DNA of 64,000 nt. It comes from Hydrolagus colliei (Eukaryota). Each line of letters begins with the position of its first letter. Positions within the stretch are counted from its first letter, which is position 1. The position numbers were made by a program, and so were the translations under genes. The stretch spans positions 130,386,001 through 130,450,000 of the forward strand of contig CM068743.1 in NCBI GenBank assembly GCA_035084275.1, given 5' to 3'. The notes beneath the pieces were generated by a model that was given only the letters and a program-made list of their open reading frames with translations, did no database searches and had not been told where the DNA came from. This document shows positions 11,791-24,913 of the stretch, one piece after another.

Positions 11791-14389
11791 ACATGAAGCA
11801 ACTTTGCAACAAAAATCTTGTTACTCTTTCAAACAGGTCAGCATGGCCATGCTAACTTATTTTGCATTTGATTTTGCAGAAGTTGTGAACATCTGTGTTT
11901 TGGTGTTCACCCTGTCAAAAAACAAATGAGCCGTAAAATGTGTCAGTTTGCACTACTTTAGACGTTTTCTGCAGTATTTTTTCCCAATATTACTCCTGAC
12001 ATTTTCAGATTATTATTTTTTCCAATAAAATGGTCCCTCAGAGCCCCATCCATCTTTGAGATGAGTGCAATAAAAATGGGATTAAATCAATGCATATACT
12101 GGTGGGGATATTATCAGATATTATGACTGACATTGCTGATTGATCATTTTCTATTGACCTTGAAGCTATGATATTGAAGCGTGCAATTGTGGCGTGGCAG
12201 TTATTTAGAGGACAGGTAAAGATAATTAAGCAATGAACCGCACTGGTATAACGTATGTTTTAAAATGAACATGACTGACACTTCTTGCAATAGTAGGCAG
12301 TTAATACCATTTTAAGGCCATTAAATAAGAATAAGAATGTAATGGTCTTATAAGAACACAGAGGGGAGAAAAGAACCATGATAAATTTATACGATTTTTT
12401 GTATAAATTTTGAGATATATTATACATTTGCTGCTCTTTATATTTAATTGCAAATTTCCTTTCCCTCCCCTCGTTACGCTGTCACAGTGCATAGCTCATT
12501 TGGAATGAGCACCAGATTTCAGACCAGAAGCTTTTGGGTTTAATAATAATAATGATCCTTAAATTTGATATAGCGCTTTTCATGTCTTCTTGACGTGTCA
12601 ACGCGCTTCACAGAATATACTGTAAAGTGAATTGACTGTGTATGTGTGGGCAAAACGTGGTAGCCAATTGCGCACAGCAGTGTCCCACAATTCATTATCA
12701 TAATTCAAGGGAAGTATACTTTAATCAGTTTAATCTGCAGGCCTCAGGGAATTGAAATTGACTTTTATATGAGTTGATTGGAGCTGGATTTTCCCTCGAA
12801 GCACCTTGGCCTGAAAGAAAAATGTGGATTGAAGGAAGACACCCGAGTCTGCAACGTAACAATTGCTTGTTGCTTGACCATTAAAATACATAGAATGGTC
12901 CAGCATGGAAACTGGCCATTCAGCCCAATCAGTTTGTGATGGTGTTTAGATTTCACAAAAACTCCCACTCCTCATATACTCCCGTGATACCCCATGTATA
13001 CATCAACTTTCTTCATAAATACTCTATTGTATTTTGCTCAATCAGCCATGGCATCCAGCAATGCGTTCTGCATTCTCACCACCCTAAGTGGAAAGAATTC
13101 TTCCTGGAAACCAACTTGTAAGAAAATAATAGCAATCGCAAGGCACAACACATTTTAGCATTGATTTTTTTCGTCTGGATCAGTGATGTTTCCCAAAAAA
13201 TCGCTTATTAGATATTATGCAATAACCCTTTGCATATTTGTACACTGTGTCGTTTTGTAAAATATCTTCAATATGCTTTGAAAATAGACCTTATATTGGC
13301 TTTTTGTTCCTAATACAATATATTTGCATTGATTTGGTTTTGTCCCAAAAATGTATGTTGATATGTTTGTTATCATAAAAATAAAATAGGTTAAATCATT
13401 TGGGAGTGAACGAATGTAATAGTTGAAAGATTAAAATTGTTTAAATGAACAAGTGCTTAATAGAAATTGTTTTGAAGATATTATTACAAAACTAGCAGGT
13501 AGGGCTGTGCAATTCAACCACTTGAGACTGCCTGAGTTTATTGAGACCAAAGTACAAACCACATCAATGAATTCCCTTGAAAGCACGAGAGGATCTTTTC
13601 TGCCTTCCTCTTTAATAATAATATCAGGAACTGAACATTGTGTGGTGTATCAGTCATATTTCCATCCTCCCGACGTGAAAGATGCTCTACAAATGTAATT
13701 GTGTTGTTGTCTTTAGAGTGGTGCGTATAGATGAGGATGAAGAATCTATGGTGCTCTCAGTTCCATTACTCGTGGTGTGGAAACCTGAAATTAGTCCATT
13801 TTAACAGTAGAAGTGTTGACTGCCCTCTCTGTGCTCAAAATTATTATTATATCATCTTTTGATAAAAGTAAACTTTTCTTTTGTACATGAAACACATTAA
13901 TGTCTGTTTTCTGGTTGTAGCTTATCAATTTATGGCACAGAATGTATGTCCGTTAAACTACATCTATATATCATTGACTACGTCAGTTAATTATTACCAT
14001 GACACTAGCAATCCTATTCAATGTACCCATTAAATGGATAGCTGTGTAACTGAGTGTGTGGGTGTGTGTCTGTGTGTATGCGCGTGTGAGTGAACCCCTT
14101 CACGCCTGAAGACCTTTCTCTTTGACCGTGCCTACGGTCACCTTCCCTCTCCCACTACTCCAGCACCGGACTCCACCATTGTGAAGCCCTCTGAGACGCT
14201 ATCCAGCATGAAGGGCATTATATAAATGCAAGTTATTGTTGTTGTTGAGTTAGTCATATGTGTGCATGGACAGTTTCAGTCTACTACAGACTACAAATTG
14301 AAACATAATGCTAACCTGGCCATCAATCCACCAAATAAAATTGGTAATTCATTCCATGTCTGTTTGTAGGACATTGCTGTGCAATTTAG

Positions 14390-14725
14390 TTAGTAGGGAG
14401 TTAGAAGGTCGCAGAGGTAGGGTGTGGCAAGGCCATAGAGGACTTTGAAGATGAGGACCAGGGAGGAATTTCGGAGACTGTCATAGTTGTTGGTGTAGTC
14501 AAGCCTGGATGTGATGAAGCATGAGTAAGAGTTTCAGCAGCCTGAGGGATCAGGTAGTGGCAGAGTTGATAGAAGGCAGAGTGGGTCATGGTACGGATGT
14601 GGGAGAGAAAAGATAGTTGAGGATCGAACAAGACACTTAGGTTCCTGACTGGCTTGGTGAGGTGGAGTGTGCATCCAAAGAGATTGATTTTGCCAGTGCC
14701 TGATGTGCAGAGGCATCCAGCATCA
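14390..14725 (-). mobile_element. L2 LINE fragment
   Basis: [11 protein letters not shown] and AAETLTHA motifs. Confidence 0.75.
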
Positions 14726-15827
14726 ACCTATATGAATGCACACAAAGTAAACCCAGATCAATATTATATAAAAAGACAGTAGAACAAGAGAACATAAGTC
14801 TGGAGTTGTAAAGTGCAACTTTAGGACACATATCAGAGAATGGTACACATAAGGTAATGTATGATTGGCAAAGATTTGCCAGGAAGGTGACTGAGGCCAG
14901 GGTTCATTTAGAAAGCAGCTTTATGTAGTGATGGAAGAATGGTAGGGGTTGTGTTCTGGATGGATGAGATCAGATGGGCTAAAAAGAGCCTTCTTCATCC
15001 AGACATTTTGTGATCATGTGGTAGCCAGATTCCAGCATTTATACTGGAATCCTAGGGCTCAAAGGATCCAAACAAGGGTTTTTTTCTTTTTCTTCTAGAG
15101 TTCCACTTTGGAGCTGTCCACAATAACTCTATTGAAACCACAAATCACAGGCACAGATCTTTACCTCATCACCACGGTGCACAGTCTCAGGAAACCCGTG
15201 AATGTCACATGTGAGCTAGGCATTGAGCAAATACTGATTGAAAAGCACTACTTGAAAGGAAAGTGGTTTCTACAATAATAATCCTTGCATTTGATATAGC
15301 ACCATATCATGTCGATAAGACATCTCAAAACACTTCAAAGAATATATTGCAAAGTGGATTGACTGTATTTTGTGAACAAAACGTGGCAGCCACTTGTGCA
15401 ATAATGTGCCACGAATAGCTGTGGATTAAATGAACACGTGCTTTTTTGAGGGATTATTATTACCCTGATTAAAGCAAAAAAGATGAATAACAGGAGAGAA
15501 AACATAATGCGGTGGTGTTAAGTACCGTAAATACCCAGAGAAATAGAATGGAAATAAATGGAATGGAAATAGAATGAAAATAAATGGAAAATGAAGACAA
15601 ATTGAAAAAGTTCTTTATACTGTATTTAAAAAACAACCAATTGTTCTGACAAACTGATCTGAAATATATACAGTACTGACTTTGTTTATTGTATTTATCT
15701 TCATTGCAATTATCTATAGCATCCCATACTGTGAACATGTGCTTCATAGAAGAAAGGCAATTATTTATTTATTTAATACATCAAATACATTAGCTATCTT
15801 GTGATAGCCTTTTTGTTGTTGTATGAC

Positions 15828-16450
15828 AGGAGTTCCTGTATTTCAGTGGTTCCTGTATTTTAGTGTTTAGAGCACTCGCCTTACAAGCGTGAGACCTATG
15901 TTCGAATCCAGGCAGGTCAGGGCGAAACTTTGGGCAAGTTTCCTCACTCCACACACCTACTAATAATCCCTCAAAAAAAAACACAATACAGTAGAAGCCA
16001 GTTTATCCATGACCCGATTAACTGGATTGCTGAACCCCCTTCCGGGGCAGTTCCCCATTCCAGCAATCGTGAGTATGCTCAATTTGCGCATGCGTGCAAT
16101 GCATGCGCACGCGCACTTATTAAACTTACGAACTTGGAGGTTTTTACTGATCAGTAAAAAATGCTTTTTTACCGAGTGTGCTGAAATCTTTATTGGTAAG
16201 TAGCTATACAATATCCTGTTACTATTTAATATATTATTAATATAGTATGTTTTAAAATAAGTACATTTTTTGTGTTGGGGTTTCGGCAACTTGCCGCCCG
16301 ATTATCCTGCACAGTCAATTAGTCGACCCCCCCGAGCGTTGTTGCCCACAAATATACAGGAGATTCACGTTACGGTATATTCTGTGAAGCACTTTTAGAC
16401 GTCTAGAAGATGTGCAAAATGCTATATCAAATTCAAGATTTATTATTATT
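15828..16450 (+). mobile_element. Deu-type SINE split by a MITE (halves 15828-15988 and about 16340-16450)
   Basis: The head and tail match the other copies. The central core is partly missing. Confidence 0.8.
15989..16337. mobile_element. One-ended CAGTAGAAGCC-type MITE interrupting a SINE
   Basis: TA|CAGTAGAAGCCAGTTTATCC resembles the TIR at 44568. SINE sequence lies on both sides and the right TIR is missing. Confidence 0.65.
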
Positions 16451-18253
16451 ACAGTATTATGTTTCAATTCAATAAGATGAGTTTCATGATTTAAAATCTT
16501 GAGAAAATTGGATGGACACAATGAGGTGTTTTCTCGGTTGCCTGTAAAAAATGCCTTGAAAAGGAACATTTTCGGCTAGTTAGACAGGAAAATAACCTGA
16601 TGTCTGCCAATAAATTCACTGCCACAATACAAACAGTTTTTTTTTACCAAAATTTGAGATATTCAACAATCACACAATTATTATAAGGACTGCAAACTTA
16701 GACCTCTGACCCCCCACCTTCCCCACCATAGAGTTATGGGTAGATGTTTTGCACCAGAAATTTGTTTGGAAGAGTGTGCAACAAATTCTATACACCATGA
16801 AGAAGCCAAAATTTACAGTAAGAGAATTTAATCTACTAACATGGGAATTGATGCCCAGTAGGGCAGCAATATTTTGCTTAAAAGCACAATCCGACATTCA
16901 CAATGCAGGTGTAGGAAACAATTGCTTGGCAAATAATGCTATTATCAACAACCACAAAATCCCTGAGGTACCTCCTGAGAACATTTCAGTCATACAAAAG
17001 CGAAGGAAAGTCAAAAGCATCTTTCGATGATTGAATTGGTATTAGCTCTAAATACCACATGTGCCAGAAAGCTAAAGAACCCATGGATAATCTATCTCTA
17101 ACTCTTAGTTCATTATTTGGTTCAGGTATAAATTATATAGAAGGTCTCCTAACACCTCAAACCATAACATACATTTCTCTTTCTGACAGGTAGTTATATA
17201 TAATAGTAATAATTGAAAATTGCAGCAGTTTGTAAAGATCCCATATAATAGCTCTTTAATCATGTCATAAACCATATTTCAAAAACATCATTGTGAATAA
17301 TGTTATTTCAATACACTGTTAAAGAGCACTTTCATGAAATTTACTTTATGGGAAGCTTTTTTCATTTGTATTGATCACTTATCGTCAGACAGTACTAGGA
17401 AATCACTCTCATGGGTTAACTGTTGGAATTCTTGTTAATTATAGTATGAACATTAAATACTATTATCACTATCTTATGTAATTTGCAGCACACATTACGA
17501 TAATTGAATATATGGGATGACTGGTATAATAAGGGACCACTAAAAATTAATCTGATATTTCAGCTTTGTTCCAGAGATATATTTGACAGTTGACCTTATG
17601 ACCTAAGTGCCTGATTACAGTTTTACGCCACTTTTCGTGGGTTTTGCATCTGTAATATCAGTCAGGATTTCAGAGTATGGCCTGTGTACACAATAACCTT
17701 CAAACAAAAGTGGATGAATCATCAATTGATAGGAGTTTTGGGGTGATCAACAAACTGAAATTCTGTGTGTGACAAAACCACCTGTGTGTATTTAATTGTG
17801 CTCCTTGCATTTGATATAGCGTCTTTCATGTCTGGAGAATTTCTCAAAACGCTTCACAGAATGTACTGTAAAGTGTAGTGACTGTATTTTGCAGTGGGGG
17901 AAATCCCTCACAGACTCTCCTAGAATCCTGCAATAATATGGAATTTATGCAGCTTTGACTTGTATTATTATTTTGGGCGGAAATGAATCAATTTTGAAAA
18001 ACCACCGTAAAAAGCCTCAATTGCTTCCTGAATATAATTGGACACTGTGCTGTGAACAGGCTAATCTCTTGGAAGAGTACAATTGCAAAATACATTCAAG
18101 GCAGCTGTGATATTCACTGGCACAGATGGTGGATTGACTAAAGCAGTGTTTCCATTTCAAGCCACTTATTCATATATCTTCGACAAGCGAACTGTCAATT
18201 TGAGTCTCTTTATGAACTGATTTTCATATAGACCAAGTCAGTTCTTCCTCCCC

Positions 18254-18472
18254 AAATGCAAAATACTGCAGATGCTGGAAATCTGAACCAAAAACAAGAC
18301 ATCGCTGGGAGCACAGCAGGTCAGGCAGCATCTATGGAGTAAGGAAAGTGAGTCAACGTTTCGAGTCTACAATCCTTCATCAGAACAGAACCTGAAACGT
18401 TGACTCACTTTCCTTTCTCCATAGAATATGCCTGACCTGCTGAGTGTCCCCAGAGATTTCTGTTTTTGGTTC
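18254..18472. mobile_element. Palindromic Penelope-like remnant, second copy
   Basis: Same sequence family as 9901-10130, with inverted arms. The minus strand reads CTGATGAAGGATTGTAGACTCGAAACGTT. Confidence 0.7.
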
Positions 18473-19768
18473 ATACTACACCTGCAAATTATTTATTCCT
18501 GGATATCTACCTTGTCTACTTGCTTCCAACGGCTTGCTCCGCTATTGAGTTTCTTGCATGTCGTGATCCTCCAAGGAATTAAAATTATACCTATCACATC
18601 CCAAGGGTTCTTTAGATTTGACCCTTCCTCTTTGACCAAGCTGAAAGATCTTTTCCCATTTGCCCGCCAGCTCGGGTGCATACCTTTGGGAAATGCTTCT
18701 GTAAATATGTATTGTATCCGAATCACAATCTTGTTCAGAATCACAAACAAAAATACAAGCAGAGGTTCTGTACTGTTTCAAATTTAGTTTCACAAGGTCT
18801 CGATTGAGCAAACAGCTAAAGTTATGTGGCTGATCTGGTTCAAGCATGATATGATTGCACAATAATTGCTTAAGTTTCAACACTGCAACGTAACAATAAC
18901 AAATCTTTGCATTTATATAGAGCCTTTCATGTCAGCAGTACATCCCAAGAGGTTAGGCAAACAAGGGTTTGCACCTAAATTGGGGGTTGGATTCGGGAGG
19001 GATGGAGGGCAAGGGCAGTGAGGATGGCAGGATGAACGAAGGCCGCCCTTGAAGGAGGCGAGGGAAGGAGTGAGGCAAAGGACTCCTGGACTGTCTTTCA
19101 AAGAGTGGGGGAGAAAGGCTAAATGCTGAACTTCCCTCTCCCTTTACTCTCTCCTCCTCACCCCATCCCCCACTGGCAAAAACAATTATCTCGAAATTTT
19201 ATAGATTAATATATAGCTTTAATCCAGGTAGCATAACTAGAGGATAAATGACCTTTGGAATCCTGCAATAACATAGGATTCAGATTTGGAAGTTAATAAA
19301 ATGTTGTGGCTGTAAGATGCTGTTCAGTTAACTTTGACCCTGACCTCAGATTCTGTTTGATGCATTGTATTTAAAGGATATGTAATGCTAGAACGAAGCA
19401 GCTAAACTGCTTTCATCATAACATATTTCTTTACTGTGTTCAAGTAAAGAATTTGCCCAGAGCTACAATAGGAAGAGTCACGATCTTTAAAATATTATGA
19501 TGATGAGCAAAATGCCTTCAAAGCTAATGTTAAAAATAATGGTGTTGAAAGCAGGAGTACAGATGTCTTGGTGCCAAAAAGGCCCAGAGGACATAAAGTG
19601 ATCCCCAGAGTGTGTGTACAGTATATACTTGTCCTGGCTAATTGTTATGATGTCTCTGTATTCATTCCATTGAGATCCAAGAACTTGGCTCAGCGGTAGA
19701 CTCAGGTCAGAAATTCCACTGATTTCCTTGTCATTCTCTGGAGGAACTGTGGTTTACATTCCTAGATA

Positions 19769-20560
19769 CCGTATATCTCTGCGTATAAGGCGCACTTTTT
19801 TTTCACGTCGGAAGATCTCGAAAGTTGGGGGTGCGCCCTATACGCAGGTACAAGAAATTTTGAGCCTCGGAGATACAGTAAACAGGAGGGGCGGCCGGCG
19901 CGCTGTCAGCCGGGGTTTGGTCAGTGTCCGGTGGGGGGTTGGGGGGAGCGGGTGACGGGGCTTCGGCCTCGGCCGCCCGGGCAGCGGCAGCAGCAGCGGA
20001 CTTCAGTGCTGTGCCTGCTGCCTGCCTTCTGCCAAACCCAGTCTGCCTCCCTCACTCCCTGCCGCTGCCTCCCTCCCTGCCTGCCTGCCTCTCCCTCCCT
20101 CCCTCCCTGCCTGCCTGCCTGCCTCTCTCCCTCTCTCTCTCCCTCCCTGCTGGCCTGCCTCTCTCCCTCTCTCTCTCCCTGGCTGCCTCCCTCCCTCCCT
20201 CCCTCTCTCTCTCCCTCTCTCCCTGGCTGCCGGCCTGCCTCTCTCCCTCTNNNNNNNNNNNNNNNNNNNNNNNNNNNNNNNNNNNNNNNNNNNNNNNNNN
20301 NNNNNNNNNNNNNNNNNNNNNNNNNNNNNNNNNNNNNNNNNNNNNNNNNNNNNNNNNNNNNNNNNNNNNNNNNNNNNNNNNNNNNNNNNNNNNNNNNNNN
20401 GCCTGCCTCTCTCTCTCCCTACCTACCTGTCTCTCCTGTCTCTCCTCCCTTCTGCCGGCAATATAATTGAAAATGCTTCCGGTTTTTTTTCACCAAGAAA
20501 AGGTCAAAAGTGGGGGGTGCGCCTTATACGTGGGTGCGCCTTATACGCGGAGATATACGG
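19769..20560. mobile_element. Non-autonomous Tc2/pogo-like element (CCGTA termini), copy 1, with internal CT-rich microsatellite and a 150-N gap
   Basis: TA|CCGTATATCTCTGCGTATAAGGCGCAC ... GTGCGCCTTATACGCGGAGATATACGG|TA. Confidence 0.9.
20251..20400. other. Assembly gap (150 N)
   Basis: A run of n inside the CT-rich microsatellite. Confidence 1.
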
Positions 20561-20720
20561 TACTCTTCCAGATGTACCATTTGTACTGCCAGTTTCCAAA
20601 TGAATGCATCTTCCATTCCAGTTTCACAATTTTTCAAATGTTTCTGCGATATTTCGAGAGCAGACATAATGGAATACATTGCAATTTTGTGTTGAATTTA
20701 TTTACTTTGTTTTTCTTTAG

Positions 20721-20842
20721 AATTGAGCTTGGTTGCTCTCCCACATTATGACGAGATTGGAGTGTGTTTTAAACAGGTGGACATGGAATCCAACAAGATG
20801 GTTGGGCAGTGGCCCTCCCTACACATCAATATGAATAACAAG
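20721..20842 (+). CDS. EPB41L4B: EPB41L4B exon B (phase 1 to 0): KLSLVALPHYDEIGVCFKQVDMESNKMVGQWPSLHINMNNK
   Basis: Polypyrimidine tract with tttag acceptor and AAG|gtaata donor. Resembles human KLSPGTPALFSE...AGPWPPLHININK. Confidence 0.88.
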
Positions 20843-21469
20843 GTAATATGTTACACTGTGATTACAGCAGCTTTTATTGATTTTAAAGTCAATATATTCT
20901 GATGGGTTTCATGACCTGACAGTTTATTGCGATTGATTTGGTCTGGTTCTATATTTCAGACCTTTGCTTTGTGTTGCCTTATTTTAACCAGAATAAATTT
21001 GTCTTTTTGAGTTTTTTAAGGATTTTTTAAAATTATTTTTCATCCAGCAATCGGTGTTGCTAATCTGGAGATTTTTTGCACTGAAAATCACAGTGATGTA
21101 GCATTAAGTGATCGCTAAGAAGTGTCAAAAGAATTGTAATATGAATAAATGTTAAGTTAATGGTATATAAAACATGAAATATAGAGGGTTAAGCACCTGT
21201 TATCAAAGATTGAGAATGATTGGTTTATTATCAACTGATTTGGGTGATTTTCAGACATTTGGGGGAATTGCCCAGTCAAGTGAACCTTGTGACTTATCAC
21301 GATATTGGGATGTATATCCAGGTAGAATCATAGAATCTTATAGAAAGAAGGAAATCCGTGTCAGCTTTTTGAAACAGCTATCCTTTCCTCATAGACTTGC
21401 AATTCTTTTTCTTTTCTAGAAAATATCCAATTCCCTTTCCTTGTTTAGAGAAATAGCAAATTAAATTTA

Positions 21470-22899
21470 ATGCACACGCATGTGAAGTTATATGTTTTGG
21501 GACAAAGAATAAGGAAAACATGTATTTGTTAGCTGGCCAACTTTATAAGGAGTAGCAGAGGGACCTAGATCAACCTACATAAATCCTTAAAAATGGGAAG
21601 GCTGGTGGACTGTTAAAAAAGCAAATGGAATTCTAAGTTTTATAAATAATGGTATAGATTATACAGTCAGGGATAATGCTGAATTTATCTAAATTGTTAG
21701 TGAGATCTCAATTGGAACATTGATTCCAGTTTTGGTCACTGTTCTTCAGGAAAGACATCAAGGCAATACAAGGGGATTGCAGAGATTTTCTGGGGATGAT
21801 ACTGGGGATCCTCAACTGTCTTTCCTCCCCCACATCCAAGCCATGATCCGCTTTGCGTTTCCTCACCTCCGTAACATTGCCCGACTCCGCCACTACCTCA
21901 CCCTCAGGCTGCTGAAACTCTCATTCATGCCTTCATCATGACCAGCCCCTGTTTGTCGGTGGCGCTTCCCAATTCCTCCCTTCATAGGCTACAGATAATC
22001 CAGAACACTAGGATCCATGTCCTCTACCGCTCCAAGCTCCGTGACCCCATCTCCCCCATTGTCACCCAACTTCATTGGCTCCCCATCACCCAGATGATTC
22101 AATTCAAGATCCTGATTGTCACCTTCAAAGCCCTCCATGGCCTCGCCCCAACCCTACCTTTGCGACCTCCTAACCCCTTGCCAACCTGCCTGCTCCATCC
22201 GCTCAGTGGGCTTCGGCCTGCTCCATGTCCCCCAACTCACCCGTCCCTGCATCAGTGGATGAGCCTTCAGCCACTCTGCCCCATATCCCACCATCCCTAC
22301 GTTTTTTGCCCTCCCTAGTCTCCTTCAAGACCATCCTCTTCGACGGTCCTATTGGTCCCCCTTTCCCTCCACCCTCCCCGATCCCGACCCCAGCTTAGGT
22401 GTGAAACATTGACTGTCCAGTGCCTTGAGACGTCTTCCCAACGTGAAAGGCGCTATACAAATGTAATTTTGTTGTTGTTGATGAACGGTTTGGCATATGA
22501 GTGGTGACTGGAGGAGCTAAGAATTTATTGGAACAAAAAGATTGATGGGTGACCTAATAGAGGTCTTTAAAATTATGATGTGTTTTGATAGGCATTAGGG
22601 AGAAATTATTTCCACTGGTTGGTGCATCAGTGGCTCGAAGATATAAGTTTGGGATAGTAGGTTTGGAGAAATTATTTTATGAGTAGTTGGGGTATGGAAC
22701 ACCCAACCTAGAGCAGTGGTTGAGGCAAAATCCATATCAGCTTTCAAAATGAACCTACATGGTTATCTAAAAAGGAGTAAACTACAATGGTATGGGGAAA
22801 ATAAATAGCACGACTGAAAGAATTGCTCTCACAAAGAACCAACACAGGTACTTTGAGCCAAATGGCCTCCTTCTATGCTGTTAATTTCTATAGTTCTAA
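21470..22899 (+). mobile_element. CR1 LINE 3' fragment interrupted by an L2 fragment
   Basis: CR1-like gtgaagttatatgttttggg...cagttttggtcac...gacctaatagaggtctttaaaattatg, ending aaatggcctccttctatgctg...ttctatagttcta. Confidence 0.75.
21805..22480 (+). mobile_element. L2 LINE 3' fragment nested in CR1
   Basis: LHWLPITQMIQFKIL, with tail gtgaaaggcgctatacaaatgtaatttt(gtt)n. Confidence 0.88.
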
Positions 22900-23697
22900 C
22901 TTGCACAACCCATTTTTAAAGCCGTATTTGGAATGTTTAGTGCGGATTGGTTGTCCAGTCTAACTACAGAATTCAGAGAAGAGCTATTTCTGGGTGGAAA
23001 ACAGTAAACTTAAGTCCATCCACCGGAATTGATTGAAGCCTGATTTCAGTAGACACAACAGCATGTTACACTGCTGATCAAAGCTTGGCTGGTGACTCAC
23101 TGAATCTCCAGGAAACAAAGTGATTTTCTTGCCCAGTAAGACCACAGACTCCCTGCAGCTAAATCTGACTATTCTACATTGATCTCAAGAAAAGTCTGTA
23201 AGAAATGTCAAAAGGTGAATCTCATCAATTGTTTCTCTTTTGTTACTCTTCCATTATTCATCATAATCAATTGAATTCTATTTCTCTATCATCGGCAACA
23301 TCGTCTGTTGTATTTTAGCTGCAATTTAGCCTCCTATGTATTTAGGCATTATTTCCACGGCTACGTAATTACCTAATTCTTTACTTGTCTCTACAATGTT
23401 GGTAAGGTTTCTAAATACCAGAAAAAGATTCAGATAAAGCAGATCAAAGGGAAGATTTAGGAACAACATAAAGCATTGTTCAAGTTGAGTGGAAACAACA
23501 GAGTAAAGAGCATTCACACCCGAAGGCCATCTTCAGAGAGAAATTGAAGAGAAAACACAAGACATTACTGAAAGCTATGAGAAACAATACATAATCTAAT
23601 CAAGTAATGCAGAATACAATCACTAACAAAGCCACAATTAAAATAAAGGTTGAAAAAGTAATTTTGCCATAGGAAAAATAAATAGAAGCACAATAGG

Positions 23698-23903
23698 AAT
23701 GCATTGCCTGAAAAAGGTGGTGAAGGCTGATTCGATAACAGCTTTTAAAAGAGAATTAGGTATTTATTTAGGAAGAACAGGTCTGTTAGGGTATGGGGAG
23801 AGAGGGGGGCAGTGGGATTGAGTTGCTCTTTTCAAAGAGCCGTCACAGACTAGATGGGCCGAATGGCCTCCTTTTGTGCTGTAAAATTCTATAATTCTAT
23901 GAT
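23698..23903 (+). mobile_element. CR1 3' end fragment
   Basis: ggaatgcattgcctgaaaaaggtggtg...gggccgaatggcctcc...attctataattctatg tail. Confidence 0.8.
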
Positions 23904-24596
23904 TAGGAGAACAACCATTGAAGGATGCTAAATGGGAGAGGCACAGGCTCAATTTAAAAAAGATGCAGTAATGGAGGATGACATTTATGGAATAAGAAAT
24001 ACTGTTGCTCTTCAAAGTCAACTGTCTAAAGTAATGTTATGCATTCAAGACCCCCAAATATAAAGCAGGATACATTAAACTTATGCATACATTCAAAACT
24101 AGAAATATGTATTGCATGTTTTCAGAAGTAAATACCAAAGCCTGAAAGTTGTGATATTCCCTGATTTATTTAAGGAACATTGACAAGTGGTTCTCCTCCC
24201 TTCGGGTCTTAGGATGCTGATTTATAACCCTGAGTTGAGAGAGACTTATACTTTATAAATTTTAGACCATAATTCAGTGATTGATCCAGAGACTTTGGGT
24301 CTAAATAATTTATGGAATATCCCAAATTTTAACCCCATGTGAACAGTATTTTTTTTCTTTGGTTGGCCAGGTGACTGATGGATGAAAAATCCCATCACCA
24401 TGTTGAGTCAAAATATACATATGTATATCACCTGTACCTGGCAATGTCCTGGAATGGAATGTGTACTTTCTCCCTGTTTACCTAATTTCAAAGAGTATTT
24501 CAAACAAATACAAGTTGTTGTAGTAGTTTGTGCACATTATAATGCAACAATGTTTATGTAATAGAACCTGGATATAATAAGTAATAGAAGTGAGTG

Positions 24597-24913
24597 GTGG
24601 AGTCCTGTAGCTCAGCAGTTAGAGTACTCACCTTACAAGCGTGCAACCTGTGTTCGAATCCAGGCAGGTCAGGGCAAAACCTTGGGCAAGTTTCCTTACT
24701 CCAAACTCCTAATAATAATCCCTCCCCCCGAAAAAAAGTAATAAATTGGTCATCTCAATTCACAACAGGTTGTGGGATACTGCTGTGCGCAATTGGCTGC
24801 CACGTTTCGCCTACAAATATACAGTCAATTCACTTTGCAGTATATTCTCTGAAGCGCTTTGAGACATCTAGAAGACGTGAGAAGTGCTATACCAAATACA
24901 AGGATTATTATTA
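24597..24913 (+). mobile_element. tRNA-derived Deu-type SINE, full length
   Basis: GGAGTCCTGTAGCTCAG head, GTTCGAATCC, core and (TTA)n tail. Confidence 0.92.

Noticed and set aside
24597-24670. tRNA-Val/Ala-like sequences (also 9532, 11446, 45530, 50023)
   Set aside because: These are SINE heads: no complete acceptor stem, a variable anticodon, and always followed by the SINE body.
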